From assembly GCF_964355755.1 (NCBI RefSeq), contig NC_092680.1, positions 21,399,045 to 21,463,044 of the forward strand: 64,000 nucleotides of DNA, given 5' to 3'. Shown here in pieces: positions 25,361 to 39,872 of this stretch. This DNA comes from Antedon mediterranea. Its lineage: Eukaryota > Animalia > Echinodermata. Below the pieces are notes generated by a model. That model saw only the letters and a list, made by a program, of their open reading frames with translations. It had not been told where the DNA came from and made no database searches. Each line of letters begins with the position of its first letter. Within the stretch, counting starts at the first letter, position 1. The position numbers were made by a program, and so were the translations under genes.

Positions 25361-28334
25361 AATATCAAACTTTATGCTTTAAAATGCTTAATGGAGCATT
25401 ACTTTTGAAATTGTCTTTATTTTAAAAGTTCCTTGATCACGATTATAAATGAAATCAAATAAACAGGGTGATAACAAATAAATGATGAACACATGAACAA
25501 GATAAGTAATATTGACCAAAGGAATATAAATCATAATGATATGAGAGTGAAGTTAAGAGTGTAGAAGAGTTGATACGTTATAGGCTATCCCTAAATATTG
25601 AACAGCTAGATTGACTGAACAACTAGATGCGTGAGGGTTTTCAACCATAAGATTATACCAGACATATTGAAAATATAATATAATTGGAGACCAAAATTAG
25701 AAAAGATTAGTCCTGGACAACGACCCTTAAATTGCAATCTATATGAGTCATTCTCAACCTTATTTATACCTTTTATATCGACATAAATCTATCGGAGGTA
25801 AAAAGAAAGTATTGGTTAAAATGTGGCATTTCAATTAGCTATACAACAAATGTTAACAATATAACACTAATCTAAATTATTTATATAAGTACCTCAATTA
25901 AGTATTTGCGGAAGCAGTTAAATTGTTAGTAATTGTCTGGGAATATGTTTAGATTGTTTGTATTATTTCGCTATGAAACCAACGTGAATTGTGTGTTCGA
26001 TGAAGAATAGTTGAAAAGGTAAACAGCAGGTAAGTATAGATTTGTATCAATTGATATCGTGCCAATACGAGCAGACGAGTTCACCCACAAAGTAAACACA
26101 ATCGACAATGAACAATACTGTGAAAACACACAACCAGGAATTCACCCAATGCATTTTGTAACACTAACTACAGCGTGAAGTAAAAACACCATGAACCGAC
26201 GGGCCGTTCAGACGATGACTATCTACAGGGGTTCATACGGGACAATACACACACGGTCAACAACCTATGATGCTTTATATAATTATTTCATACACCAAGT
26301 ACTTCATAATATTTATATACTAGCTGAATCGTTTACTTAAATCAACTGATAGTTCAATATTGTGTTAGTTTAATAGCTCGTAATTGAAAACAGTTTAAAC
26401 AAGGAGGTATACTAAATACTTATCAGCTTAATCGATGAAAGGATGACTAAAACACCGCCTCCCTTTCAAATTCAATCCTTTTAGACATTTAATATATAAA
26501 TGATATTCTTCTTATTAAGTGCCGACGAGAACTTTGAACTCCTTGAAGTTAACCTTAAATCAACAAAAAAATAATTTCATGTTCCACTGGAGTTCAAATG
26601 AGGAAGTATTAATACCGTAATACCTCGAAAATGAGCCACTCGTGTTTCTGTTCGAAACGAAGCCATCTCGAAAAAGAATCTCCCTTCTTGGTTTGCAAAA
26701 GTAAGAAAGAAGCTCATCTCGAAATAAAGTCCCGTCTTCTTTTCAAGACAGTGTATGCGTTTAGTTTGGTTAAAATTACTTTGCGTTGCGCCCTACGTGC
26801 TTCTTGTGCTGCGTGTCATACGTGCTTCTGCGTCCCATCGTATCTTAGAAACAAGCTCATTAATCACACCCTACTGTAAAGCTCAAGTCCCACTATCGGT
26901 TTTTTTCTTCCGTCTTCCAAAGGGACTTGTATTGATTGATACCTTTGGATTTAGAATAATTACGGTATTGTTAACGTGAATTTCGTAATTAAGATGAAAA
27001 TTACAGGTTCATTTATCGGACATTGGCCGCGCGCGTAAACAGCAGTGGGTATAATGATAATTAGTTCCAGGGACATAATATCCATGTCTAAAAAACTGAA
27101 AATAATGTAAAAATAAACTGTCGCAGATACGTACGAGTATTCTACGAAATGAGGTTATTGCATTGAGTATTACACCTTCCAAGAAGATAACACAGTCTCA
27201 TCAGTTAATTTACGAGTTCCGGCAATTCAATGTGTCTCTAGCCAAAATGGTGAAATCAATTTGTTTTCCAATTAACTGATTTCACAACCTAAATGAACAA
27301 TACATTATAAATTGGGTTCTACGATACGAGAAATAAACAAAAGATGTTGAAAGTGAGAAAAGTTCAGATGGTTGAACGCGTCCATATAAGAGCACGACTA
27401 ATTGAAGATCTTTTTTTTTTCAAAACATGAATTAACACATTATTGCAATAAATAGTTATAATGGATGTGATGCTTCTTTTAATACAAATTTAGTTTCTTG
27501 TATTGTTTATGTTATGCATTAGGCCTACAGTATTTGATAGTATTGTTGGTCGCTTGTTTTTAAGGACGTGTTTCTTGTTTTGGAACCACTGCCTATGACA
27601 ATTCATTTTTAATGGGATTCTACACGATAAGTTCCGTTTTTTTTAAGGCATTGTGTTACGGTAAGATGTTTCCTCCATGGTTAAGAACTGTTTCAATTAA
27701 TTAAATTGAAGTGAAATCATGTTCATTATTATTATTATGTTCATATTTCCTAAGGCTGGTTTATTTGTTATAGACCTATATTGTATGTGTACGTTCGTAT
27801 GTTGTGTAATACTATTTCGTAATGAAGGTTCAATAAGTTCAAATGTGTAGGCTGGCCTACTGGTTCCAAACAAAAGGAGTCCGCCTTGTAGGCCTACATG
27901 CAAATGTCGTGGTTCATAACATATCCTGTTTTTTATTGAGACTATTGTTTCATTATGATTTAGAGCAAATCCGTGATCTTATTTCGAAATTATGTTTCAA
28001 GTTCAACTCATTAATAATAATCATTTAAGATATCCAAATTAAAAGGACCACAATTGTAAACATACATAATAGGCGCTTTCGATTTTCGATGAACCTAGGG
28101 CCTAGAACCAACGCATTGTCACGGTTGAATTGCCGACTGGACCTCATACGGACTGTCAAAGATGAGTGACGTAACTTCCTTAGTATTGTCGATCGACATC
28201 CTATCCAGAGTTTTCTTTACCTTAAAAATTATCAAAAACTGCTGATGTGAGAATTTATGTTATTTGATATAATAGAAAACTACGATACAAACTATGGCTA
28301 TACACAAAGTATATAAAATAATTCATTGTCGGAT

Positions 28335-29414
28335 GAGATCATGTGTACCTAGTGTGAAAACAGTTTAAGAGAAGATAGGGACCCTAGCCAGCACCACGAT
28401 TAAAGAAATCATGTGTATCTAGTGTGAAAACAGTTTAAAAGAAGATAGGGACCCTAGCCAGCACCACGATTAGAGAGATCATGTGTACCTAGTGTGAAAA
28501 CAGTTTAAGAGAAGATAGGGACCCTTGCCAGCACCACGATTAGAGAGATTATGTGTACCTAGTGTGAAAACAGTTTAAGAGAAGATAGGGACCCTAGCCA
28601 GCACCACGATTAGAGAGATTATGTGTACCTAGTGTGAAAACAGTTTAATAGAAGATAGGGACCCTAGCCAGCACCATGATTAGAGAGATTATGTGTACCT
28701 AGTGTGAAAATAGTTTAAGAGAAATAGGGACCCTACCCAGCACCACGATTAAATAGATCATGTGTACCTAGTGTGAAAACAGTTTAAAAGAAGATGAGGA
28801 CCCTACCCAGCCCCACGATTAGAGAGATCATGTGTATCTAGTGTGAAAACAGTTTAAGAGAAGAAAGGACCCTACTCTGCACCACGATTAAAGAGATCAT
28901 GTGTACCTAGTGTGAAAACAGTTTAATAGAAGATAGGGACCCTAGCCAGCACCACGATTAAAGAGATAATGTGTACCTAGTGTGAAAACAGTTTAAAAGA
29001 AGATAGGGACCCTACCCAGCACCACGATTAGAGAGATCATGTGTACCTAGTGTGGAAACAGTTTAAAAGAAGATAGGGACCCTACCCAGCACCACGATTA
29101 AAGAGATAATGTGTACCTAGTGTGAAAACAGTTTAATAGAAGATAGGGACCCTACCCAGCACCACGATTAGAGAGATCATGTGTACCTAGTGTGAAAACA
29201 GTTTAAGAGAAATAGGGACCCTACCCAGCACAAAGATTAAAGAGATCACGTGTACCTAGTGTGAACACAGTTTAAGAGAAGATAGGGACCCTACCCAGCA
29301 CCACGATTAGAGAGATTATGTGTACCTAGTGTGAAAACAGTTTAAAAGAAGATAGGGACCCTATCCAGCACCACGATTAGATAGATTATGTGTACCTAGT
29401 GTGAAAACAGTTTA
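28335..29414. repeat. 70-bp minisatellite, about 15 copies
   Basis: Unit gagatcatgtgtacctagtgtgaaaacagtttaagagaagatagggaccctagccagcaccacgattaga; period 70 (28341, 28411, 28481). Confidence 0.97.
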
Positions 29415-30755
29415 GAAGATTTATTTTTATCAATATGATACTTTTGTTGACTTTTGTATTTCTCGTGAATTTTAGGGTACACTTTTATCAAGCTCATTTC
29501 GAGTTTTATGTGTTTCCTTCATCTCTTTCTCAACCTATTTTTCTGATTTACTTATATTTTAACCTTTGTAAAATTGCATTTATTTTTATATTTAATAGCA
29601 AATGTACTACCAAACGTATCGAAGTATTATTCCTTTTAGAAATAATACTGCACGATATCAATAAAAAAGCTAAACTGGTATATTAATATACAATATCATT
29701 GTATTTTTAATTAATCAATTATTACGCATTTTACGTTCAATATATAGTTTCCAAGTCTAAACAAAAACATAACTTTATATTTTGACTTACTGCATAATAC
29801 ATGTATGGGATTCTCTTGTACAACAGATGCACATGGACTAGATTTCTTCTATTTTAAACAAATCTTTGACAAGTGTGTTTTATCTGAATATTAACGTGTA
29901 AAATTCCTTTGTTCTACCGACTGGTTTCTGTCTATCCAATCTACCAACCCGACCTATACAACGGATTGTCTTGTCTACTTTTAACAAGTGTACATAACTT
30001 ACCCATCAACGCATGTATAAAGTATATATATCCATTATATAATATAAAGTGTTAATGCATAGATGTTATATCGGAAATCCAGGGTATTTTGTCGAAGAAA
30101 CCGCCGTTCGTCGGTGTGTGTTTCCGCCCAAAATTATCACTAAACTACGATATTCCTTTGTTCTGGAGAAAACCAGACGACCCAAGTAAACAAAACACTT
30201 CCGAAACTGTTTAAACGCCAAATGCAATCGTAAATAGCCATCCTCGGGATATATTTTCCACATTTACGTATCAGAAATTACGTATAGATCCATATTTTTG
30301 TCATAAATGGAGAAAAATCATCAATTTTAGCAAGTTTAACGCAACATTCCAATACACAACTCGAGGACAAAGCGAGTCGTAGGCCTGCACAAAGGCATAT
30401 CGTGCCATACACACATCGGTCGGTGTGTATCCCTGCTGTGGTCTCACAATAAATGATTGGCTACAAGAATTCGAGGCGGTAAAATTGATTTGACTAATAA
30501 AAGATTCCGATTTTAATTGGAATACGTTTAAATCGGTCAACTCAGGAATCAACAAAATAGTTGAATAATTACTAAAAATGAACAGGTAAATAAGTATCGT
30601 ACCTGCAGTCACTAGTGTTCAATTAGGTGGATCAGATTAGAATGTGTTATCGGTTTAAACATGAAGAAATAAAAAACAATTATGCAATATATCGATATTA
30701 CTCCTAACTTATTTTTCCATCATGGTTTATACATTTTTATAAAGTTTATTAAATC

Positions 30756-31085
30756 ATGAATAAATACAAGTTATATAAAAACAAGTTTAGGCTTAATTCC
30801 AGGAAGTTTTCCTCAGTTGTAGAGTTGTGGAATAGCTTACCATCTAATGTTGTAAAAGCTCCAAATTTAAATCTATTCAAGTCACTCCTCAATGATCATT
30901 GGAAGTCCCTTGACTGCAAGTTTACCTTTTCACATTTATAAACACTTTGGAGCATTATGTGTAGGCCTACACCCGGAGCCCTAATAAGCACCTATATTTT
31001 GGTCATAAGAAGACAGGAAGGGTCATTATAAGCTATATTAGCTTTCTAACCGACCCATAACATCAAGCAAGTATCAAGCAAGTAT
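30756..31085 (+). mobile_element. 5'-truncated CR1-clade LINE 3' end (ORF2 C-terminus, 3' UTR and repeat tail)
   Basis: ORF 30756-30941 KLYKNKFRLNSRK..VVELWNSLPSNVVKAPNLNLFKSLLNDHW matches the CR1/L2 ORF2 terminal WNxLP...FKxxLDxxW motif; ends in a tandem (atcaagcaagt)2 tail. Confidence 0.85.
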
Positions 31086-31705
31086 GAACTTATCTAAGCT
31101 GATTATATTTTTAATATGCTTTTGGTATACTGCATTGGGGAATGTCTCACGCATGTCCAAGCTCACGGTTGATTTTACATATAATTACGACAACACAAAA
31201 ATATGATTTCTACTTATTATTTCCCCAGTGGCACCACTTTGTCCATTTTACAAGTTGTCCATTCGTGCTCGAACATTACGCATAAATTATGTTCTGTTAA
31301 ATAAGCAAGTAATTATGGTTCTTCAATGAAACTTTTAAAACCTAAAATAACCATGGACCTATAAATTAATGTATAGGTCCATATATAACTTAACAAGATG
31401 TATTACCTCTATAACGACCTCCTGGTATTACGTCAACTGGTCTAATTTGAGATTGGATTTTGATGATAAATGTAACTTTATCAAATAACAGATATCCTTA
31501 TTTGGAAATATAACTCTTTTCCATAAGTGTACATTTTCAAAAAAACCATGATCAACACCGCCCAGCATTATGTTTGGTTAAACAAAATCTATTATATACT
31601 GTACGTTCATTATCTAATGTCTAAACCGTTGCAATGTATCGATAACGCCTCAATTTAAACATACATAGACAATAAAAAAACAATTAGGACGTAATCTAAA
31701 ATCAA

Positions 31706-32886
31706 ATCTAAAAATAGAAAGACGCGATGCTGTTTACGGTATCTAAAAATAGAAAGACGTGATGCTGTTTACGGTATCTAAAAATAGAAAGACGCGATGC
31801 TGTTTACGGTATCTAAAAATAGAAAGACTATATGTGATGCTGTTTACGGTATCTAAAAGTAGAAAGACGCGATGCTGTTTACGGTATCTAAAAATAGAAA
31901 GATGTGATGCTGTTTACGGTATCTAAAAATAGAAAGACGTGATGCTGTTTACGGTATCTAAAAATAGAAAGACTATGTGATGCTGTTTACGGTATCTAAA
32001 AATAGAAAGACGCGATGCTGTTTACGGTATCTAAAAATAGAAAGATGTGATGCTGTTTACGGTATCTAAAAATAGAAAGACGTGATGCTGTTTACGGTAT
32101 CTAAAAATAGAAAGACTATGTGATGCTGTTTACGGTATCTAAAAAGAGAAAGACGTGATGATGTTTACGGTATCTAAAAATAGAAAGACGTGATGCTGTT
32201 TACGGTATCTAAAAATAGAAAGACGCGATGCTGTTTACGGTATCTAAAATAGAAAGACGTGATGCTGTTTACGGTATCTAAAAATAGAAAGACGCGATGC
32301 TGTTTACGGTATCTAAAAATAGAAAGACGTGATGCTGTTTACGGTATCTAAAAATAGAAAGACGCGATGTTTTTTACGGTATCTAAAAATAGAAAGACTA
32401 TGTGATGCTGTTTACGGTATCTAAAAATAGAAAAACGCGATGCTGTTTGCGGTATCCAAAAATAGAAAGACGCGATGCTGTTACGGTATCTAAAAATAGA
32501 AAGATGCGATGCTGTTTACGGTATCCAAAAATAGAAAAACGCGATGCTGTTTGCGGTATCCAAAAATAGAAAGACGCGATGCTGTTACGGTATTTAAAAA
32601 TAGAAAGATGCGATGCTGTTTACGGTATCCAAAAATAGAAAGACGCGATGCTGTTACGGTATCTAAAAATAGAAAGATGCGATGCTGTTTACGGTATCTA
32701 AAAATAGAAAGACGCGATGCTGTTACGGTATCTAAAAATAGAAAGATGCGATGCTGTTTACGGTATCCAAAAATAGAAAGATGCGATGCTGTTTACGGTA
32801 TCTAAAAATAGAAAGATGCGATGCTGTTTACGGTATCTAAAAATAGAAAGACGTGATGCTGTTTACAGTATCTAAAAATAGAAGAC
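31706..32886. repeat. 35-bp minisatellite (ATCTAAAAATAGAAAGACGCGATGCTGTTTACGGT)n, about 33 copies
   Basis: Direct periodicity with variant units; explains ORF 32509-32805. Confidence 0.97.
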
Positions 32887-35754
32887 TATAAAAAAAATAA
32901 TGTTGTTGATGACGTCCACGGTAAGTGATACAATATTAATGTCACTGATGTGGGTGGTGTCAACAAAACTCTCTGACCTTGCCTGGCCCTGATCGCTTAA
33001 TCACGGTCAATTATTACTACGTGTTACCTGAAAGGGTCACAAAGGGGTGAGTGTTACCTTGGACAAGAACTTGAAATAGCCTCGGTGGTGAAGGTGCCAA
33101 TAAGGCTAGAAACAGACCAGCCAGTAGCAAAGCGTGGTTTAACGACCGCGAGGTCACCATTCATACCAGCAGACATGTCATATTGCACTTCCTCTACCCA
33201 CCTTATACCTGATCCGTATGCTGATCGGTAATTCTAAATTCTTCAAAGTCATGTCCTATTATTGACCTCTTTCTAGGGTCAATATTAAACCTTATTTTTT
33301 AGGACAATAATATATATATATATATATATTTGATATTTCACATTTGACTGCCTATAGTATAGTATAGTAGAGTAGATAAAAATGATCGGAATACGCCTAG
33401 AGCGACTACGATCGTTTACGTAATTTTAATAAAGACGTTAATTTTGACCGTTTCCTATCTTCATTCAAAGAAATCAGTCAATACGAAGTTATTATATTAT
33501 ATATTTTACTTTTGATATAGATATTATTAGACTATTTATATAAAACATAGCATACAATGGCGGAAAACAGGTCATATGCACCTGTGTGTTTATAAGAACT
33601 TACTTACTTAACTTACTTTAGGGCCTAGAGTTGTTTTTAAGATAGTATCAGCGGTTAACCTAAATGGAAGGAAGGAAACAGTAAGATAACTGGCCTTCAA
33701 AACTATATATTAAAGTGGGACTTGAGTGCCATGTACACCTTTTAGGCCTAGCCCTGATTATGAAAGGTGCTTCGAACGTGCTGACGGTCCCGACTAATCA
33801 TTTCCTGAATTATGACATCGGGTGATTACGAGCTATTAACAGCCGCTCCCCGGAATATAAGATTATGACAAAAACAAACCCTAACGTTCCACGAATCATG
33901 TTCTTGGCAGCTAGCTCTTTTAAATATTAATAATGCATAAGTTCCTCCTCCTCCTCCTACGACGCTAACGTAGATCGCAACAAACATGCATACATTCGCC
34001 TGCGGCACATGATCCCGAAGGCGGCACAAACATGACGCGATCGTTTGAACCCTGATAAAATAGAGTACATACGCGCACCGTACCTCGTATCATGCAACGT
34101 AATGACAAACGTAACGCTTGTTAAATTGTATAAATATTTATTGTTTGATTTCAAAATGTATTTTAAGTTGAGAGGTCAACAAATAATCTTGGTCCTCTCT
34201 GCATGGTGGTTGTCATAATTCTTTGTATTTCTTTTCTTTTTTATTGTATGTATATGTTTCAATAGTTTTTCTGAAATTGAATTGGATTGAATTGATGCGA
34301 CGGGAAGTTCCAGAGATATCTGAAATAAGCAACACAAGTAAACCACTATGGAGAGTAATCAACACTGACTAATTAACAATCACCCAACTTGACATTGGCA
34401 TAATTGTTTATTCTGTACAAGACAGCGCCTGGATGTAATTCAAAGTAATAGACAACACGTGATTATCAAACTTCAGTCCAATTGGTCCCCTGTAAAGTCC
34501 GTGGCCTCACAGACTTTGATTCAATGGGTTTAGCAACCTGTTTAGGGTCAGGTCACAAACGGGGGTCTTAATTAGATTGTAATTATTTTCTTCCAAAACA
34601 GTTCATTTATTGGCCATAATTAAGTCAATTTTAAATGAAAAAAGTATATGAAATGTTATTTGACCTACACGCGTTTTACTATCCCCCTATAGCATTCTAT
34701 AAATGGCACACAAGTTGTGTATGGAAAACGTATATTATCATTGGTAACAGAATTTTCCATTTTCAACACGAAAGGGGAAATAAGTGGAAAGAAGGTACCA
34801 ATATAGAAAAGTATTAAAAAGCCAGATATTAAAATCACTTATAGTCTCGATTACAAGTCTAATTTCCAAAAGTAACCAATTTTATGACAATCATAATAGT
34901 CACAATAAGGCCTATAGTAATATGATGCTTATTCATCACAAATATTGTCACCAATTGTATATATCCAATGACAATTACACAATACTATAACAATTCTACA
35001 TTCCTGATATTTAATATCACAAAGGTCGCTTATTATTCGTTTTGGTGACAATATCAATAGTTTCTAAACTATTAACCCGACGGCCGGAAACCAAAATCAA
35101 TAACGATTAACTAAAAATGGAATAAAAAGTACAGTGTCTGAAATAAATAGCCTTAATGTGTTAGTGCATAACGGATATACAAAAAGTGCAATGTCAAAAT
35201 TAGAGCATTCGTCTTTTGACGATCAGATCGGAAGTGTGGGTAATTTAATAGTGGCAGCAGTTTATCATTGTTTCTGTTTTGATCGTCGCCATTCCTGTTT
35301 TCTTAACACTGTCGTACTGTCATCAGTCGTGTCTCTATCAACCGGTCCACTGCCTCTCTCGTCCCAATAGAGACCCGATTTGATTAATCTCAGACTGATG
35401 AATTGGAATACTATAAACTGTTGATGAGAAAAACTTCCTTAATGGGTTGTTGTAACTGGGATGAAGTCTGGAAAAGTGACCTAATTTAGCCCACAAATAT
35501 AGCGATGACACAAACGCAGCGTGTGGGATGTATTTTTAAAATTTAATTTTGTTTCTTTATAAATGATTAACTAGAAACGTCAGGTAAAGGAATCAAAGAA
35601 CAAATTGAAGGTCTCCGGCGGCACACACGTTACCTGTTGTATTTATCAATAAACACTTGTTCTATTGATTAGCAAGGTTGGCGGAAATGTGACTTCATAT
35701 TTTGGAAATATTTTGTTATGAAATTCATGACGAGGAGGATGGATGTGTTGTTAA

Positions 35755-36870
35755 GGATGAAAATGATAATAGATGACAATGATAATCGATGACAATGACA
35801 ATGATGACAATAACTATGGTAATAATCGATGAAAATGATGACAATGGTAATCGATGACAATGATGACACTGGTAATTGATGACAATGATGACAATGACGA
35901 TGATGATAACAATGATAATCGATGACAATGATAACAATGATAATCGATGACAATGATGACAATGGTAATTGATGACAATGACAATGATGATAATGATGAT
36001 AATTATAAAAATGGTAATCGAAGACAATGATAACAATGATAATTGATGACAATGATGACAATAATAATCGATGACAATGGTAATCGATGACAATGGTAAT
36101 CGATGAAAATAATAGCTGAAACGAATTTCTGTAGATGATGACAACGATGGAAATAATTATTTAATAGCCCTACGTACTGGAATGATTTTAAATGGGAGGG
36201 ACGCGACAAATACACATTCAGTGTTTTGTAGGTTTGACTGTCTGACCGAGAAACAAATCTATATGTATGCACCATCGAAATCGTATAACAGTGGATTATC
36301 ACATATCAGTAGTTTTACAATGTTGTTACAGTGTTACAGTAATCGATGACAATGATGACAATGGTAATTGATGACAATGATGACAATGACGATGATGATA
36401 GCCGAGCGGTTAAGACAGTGGAACCGTAATTACGTAGCCATAACATCGGCAAGGTTTCGAGGCTCACTCGCTCCATGGTTCTGGTGGTAGAACGAGTCTT
36501 CTTGGATAAGGACTATAAACCGTAGGTCCAGTGTACACATAGCTCATGTGCACTTTAAAGAACCTAGTACATCTTTCGAGACGAGTAGGGGGTTACCCCG
36601 GTGTACTAGTCCACACAAACACAGCCACTGTAACACAGCCACTGTGCAAATTGGGACTGGACCGTTTTAGAGGTGTTTACCACCTGTTGGTCCAGATCCT
36701 TCACTAACTGAGTTAGTGAGAAGTCGAATAAATAAAAATAAAAATAAAAAAATAAAATAACAATGATAATCGATGAAAATGATAACAATGATAATCGATG
36801 ACAATGATGACAATGGTAATTGATGACAATGACAATGATGATAATGATGATAATTATAACAATGGTAATA
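35755..36870. repeat. Compound (GAT/GACAAT)n low-complexity repeat
   Basis: gatgacaatgataatc... runs at 35755-36150, 36339-36400 and 36760-36870; explain His/Cys/Ile-rich minus-strand ORFs. Confidence 0.9.
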
Positions 36871-37029
36871 ATTAATGATTTTAAATGGGAGGGACGCGAC
36901 AAAATACACATTCAGTGTTTTGTAGGTTTGACTGTCTGACCGAGAAACAAATGTATATGCATGCACCATCGAAATCGTATAACAGTGGATTATCACATAT
37001 CAGTAGTTTTACAATGTTGTTACAGTGTT
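35847..37029 (+). repeat. Local tandem segmental duplication (35847-36335 vs 36339-37029)
   Basis: Both copies share the microsatellite variant order and the unique tail aatgattttaaatgggagggacgcgac...tgttgttacagtgtt. The second copy carries a SINE and an internal deletion. Confidence 0.88.
36397..36760 (+). mobile_element. tRNA-derived SINE with a Deu/Nin-type central domain
   Basis: A-box-like TAGCCGAGCGG, B-box-like GGTTTCGAGGC, core cttggataaggactataaaccgtaggtcc...taaagaacc...cgagacgagtagggggttaccccggtgt resembling the Deu/Nin domain, and an A-rich (AAAAT)n tail. Confidence 0.85.
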
Positions 37030-37137
37030 GTTTAATCTTGTCTTGTTGCCGACAAACAAAGATTAATTTAACCTTGTAAATTATACCGATGCATTCCTAA
37101 CATTATGTTACTATCCTTTCTAACTTATTTTACGGTA

Positions 37138-37197
37138 ATACAGATTAACATGAATTAATACAGATTAACATGAATTAATACAGATTAACATGAATTC
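37138..37197. repeat. 20-bp x3 tandem repeat
   Basis: atacagattaacatgaatta repeated three times. Confidence 0.9.
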
Positions 37198-39377
37198 ATT
37201 GCCAGTGGAGACTATTTTTAGCATCTGCCTATAGAACGCCCAGACTGTTAAAACCGGTGATCGCACTCTAATGATTAGATATTTCAAGCGATATGAAATA
37301 AAAGGTGTAGATATATATCGATCATTAGTAAAACGCAACCAGTGTAACGAAGTTACAATTGCGGTTTGGGAATCAGATCATTGCTGAGACACGACTCCTG
37401 AGAAAAATCAAATTGATCGGATCGCAGGCTCCTGATTTTGTAACATTATCCTACTTATTCTCCGGATTAGAGCAGGGTTTCGGTCGCCTCCCTCCGTGAC
37501 TCACTGGAGGGTGAGAATGGCCCTCGAGGCCTAGCAAATATACTAAAATAGTTTGGGATTTTAAACGACCTATAATCTTTCCCACAAGCACGACATGCAA
37601 GATGCAGATCCGATATCAATCAGCCAAAGAATATCAACAAATTACACCTATTTATGGTTTGTGTATAATAAGTATCAATTGCAAATTTTGCTCAATGACA
37701 AATATGACTCATACAAAAAAATATACAGTCAAATGTTTATCCTTATCACATCTTTTCTGTGCGGAAAAGTTGCTTTTAGTGTTGTTGAAAGTGCGGCGTG
37801 TGTGTATTTGGTGGAACCCATAACATATTTGGTGTGGAGGGAACCAACCCTTGGGTAGAAAAATAACTTGAATCGATTGATAAAACTTCCAGTTTACAAA
37901 ATCAAAGGCACTTTTTCTTTCCTGTAATAACTATATTATTTTATTTTCTTTGAGGCTCATTACGGTAATATACTGAATCATGACCTTCCTGCGAGAGGCG
38001 GGTATTTCCCCTTCATTATGACGTCATCCGCGATATTATGATGTCATACAAAAGTCTTGTTAATCTCTCTGATCCAATCAAGCTAAACATTGATTAATGA
38101 AAGGCATGGGTTTTAAGTGACATTGACAATAGTCTTGTAAACAATATGGATATTCAATTTGCGAGTAGACAGCGCAATTCCACGTCCTGTTGGTTTGCTT
38201 GTGTGTCAAAACATATGACAGTGACAATTCTTGTTGAATAACGAGTGTTGATATATTAGCAGCACCTGTGCACGTTACGCAACACTTTACTAGCACACTT
38301 CACGCCGTATTCGCAAAATGTCAAAATGTTGACACATGTCCGTCACCGTCACAAAATACATAATAAATAAAATAGAATGATATGGAGGATAAGCCTATGA
38401 TAATCATTTGGTACATCTTACTTACAACAGGAAATAAATTAGCCTCTCAAATTATGTGTGAACGATGTTAGTGAGAAATAGGCTTCAGAAGACGAAACGA
38501 TTGCGTAACGTGATTAGTCGATGAATTTCTGGCTGGGTAATGGGTTAAAATACAGATGTAACGATATTGAATATGTGACGACCATGAGAGGAAGTATAAT
38601 TAATGATGGAAGAAGGATGAATGAATGATTGACTTGTTGATAGAGGAATAATTGAATGAATGAACGACATCGACGGATTGCGCTCGAGTAAATGGACATG
38701 CATTTTATATACTGAATGGATTGATGGATAAACAAATGAATGAATGCGCGACATCGATGCATTCTTTCCCCGAATATACGATTGCTACTGATCGTTCTGT
38801 AATTGTCACGTTCAAAATGATGTGTAAACGCATCTTTAAAATGGAGAATGAACGTGATTCAGGGTAATAATCCTGCCGTGTTCTCCTTGATTCGTGGGGC
38901 CATGAAGGCCGGTAGTACTAAAAACTACACCTTCGGGATACTGTAACCAAAGAAGTGCAGCTAATCGTCTGAGACCCGCCAACAATCTAAAGAATAATAC
39001 ATGTAAGTATTAATGGGATTCATATTAATACAATCCCCTAGACGGATGACTCACAGCAATTATTTAGAATTCTAAAAATAACACAACTTTAACACAGGTT
39101 TATAATAGATTATTCTGAATACAACAGTTGTAACATTACCGTTAGAAGCTTGTTTCTTACACCATGGGGCTTACCGCGCTTCTACCGGACAAACTGTGAC
39201 CAGACCAGGACATGACTACCAGCTTATTACTAACCACTACTACAGGTGAAATAAAGTTCACGCACTATGTTTCCACGGCCGCCGGATATACTAGACAGTC
39301 CCTGTATGGCATGGGGTCTTTGCGAAATATTAAGTTTGTCTGCAGTTACTAATCTTAATGCGATTATGAAACAGGAA

Positions 39378-39712
39378 TTATTTATTTTATTTATTTATTT
39401 ATTCTTTATACTGAGAAGGAGGAGTTGAGTTGTCGCTTGGTGGTTATGATGCTTGGCTACCCCTCCAAGGGTCCCGTCACATGTCAGGATTTTTTCTAAG
39501 GACAAAATTACAACTCCCCTCCCAAAGACTTTGTTTATGTAGAGCATCTTGTGTATGTTTGTCTTGTGAACCTCTGAGGGTCCCTGATCAGCAATTGCTG
39601 AATAGATCACCCCCATTAAATATGGTAAAAAAAAACAACTTTGAGAAGTAAACTGTTCTCACACAGCGTGTACTAGAGTACACTGGAGTAACCCCCTACT
39701 CGTCTCGAAGGC
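39378..39712 (-). mobile_element. 5'-truncated Deu/Nin SINE-related copy with a different 3' tail
   Basis: The reverse complement of ~39670-39710 (cttcgagacgagtagggggttactccagtgtact) matches 36575-36608; the minus strand ends in (ATAA)n at ~39380-39403. Confidence 0.7.
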
Positions 39713-39872
39713 CTAGATGAGCAAACACTAGGCTCACCCTCTGAACTCATCAAAATCTTGGATACAAACAATTCAATCAAATCAACGAATTGAGAGCAAT
39801 ATTTAATAAAATCATTCTTTAATGAATTGGATTCCAGGTTGAACGTTCTTTTAACGATAAAATGAGGGACCA

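Noticed and set aside
33001-33230. About 76-codon open frame on the plus strand (…LGQELEIASVVKVPIRLE…)
   Set aside because: No ATG near the start, no convincing acceptor, and no recognisable family.
36397-36475. tRNA gene
   Set aside because: A and B boxes are present, but there is no cloverleaf and it continues into a SINE core and A-rich tail.
35669-36996. His/Cys/Ile-rich minus-strand ORFs
   Set aside because: Products of the (GAT/GACAAT)n microsatellite.
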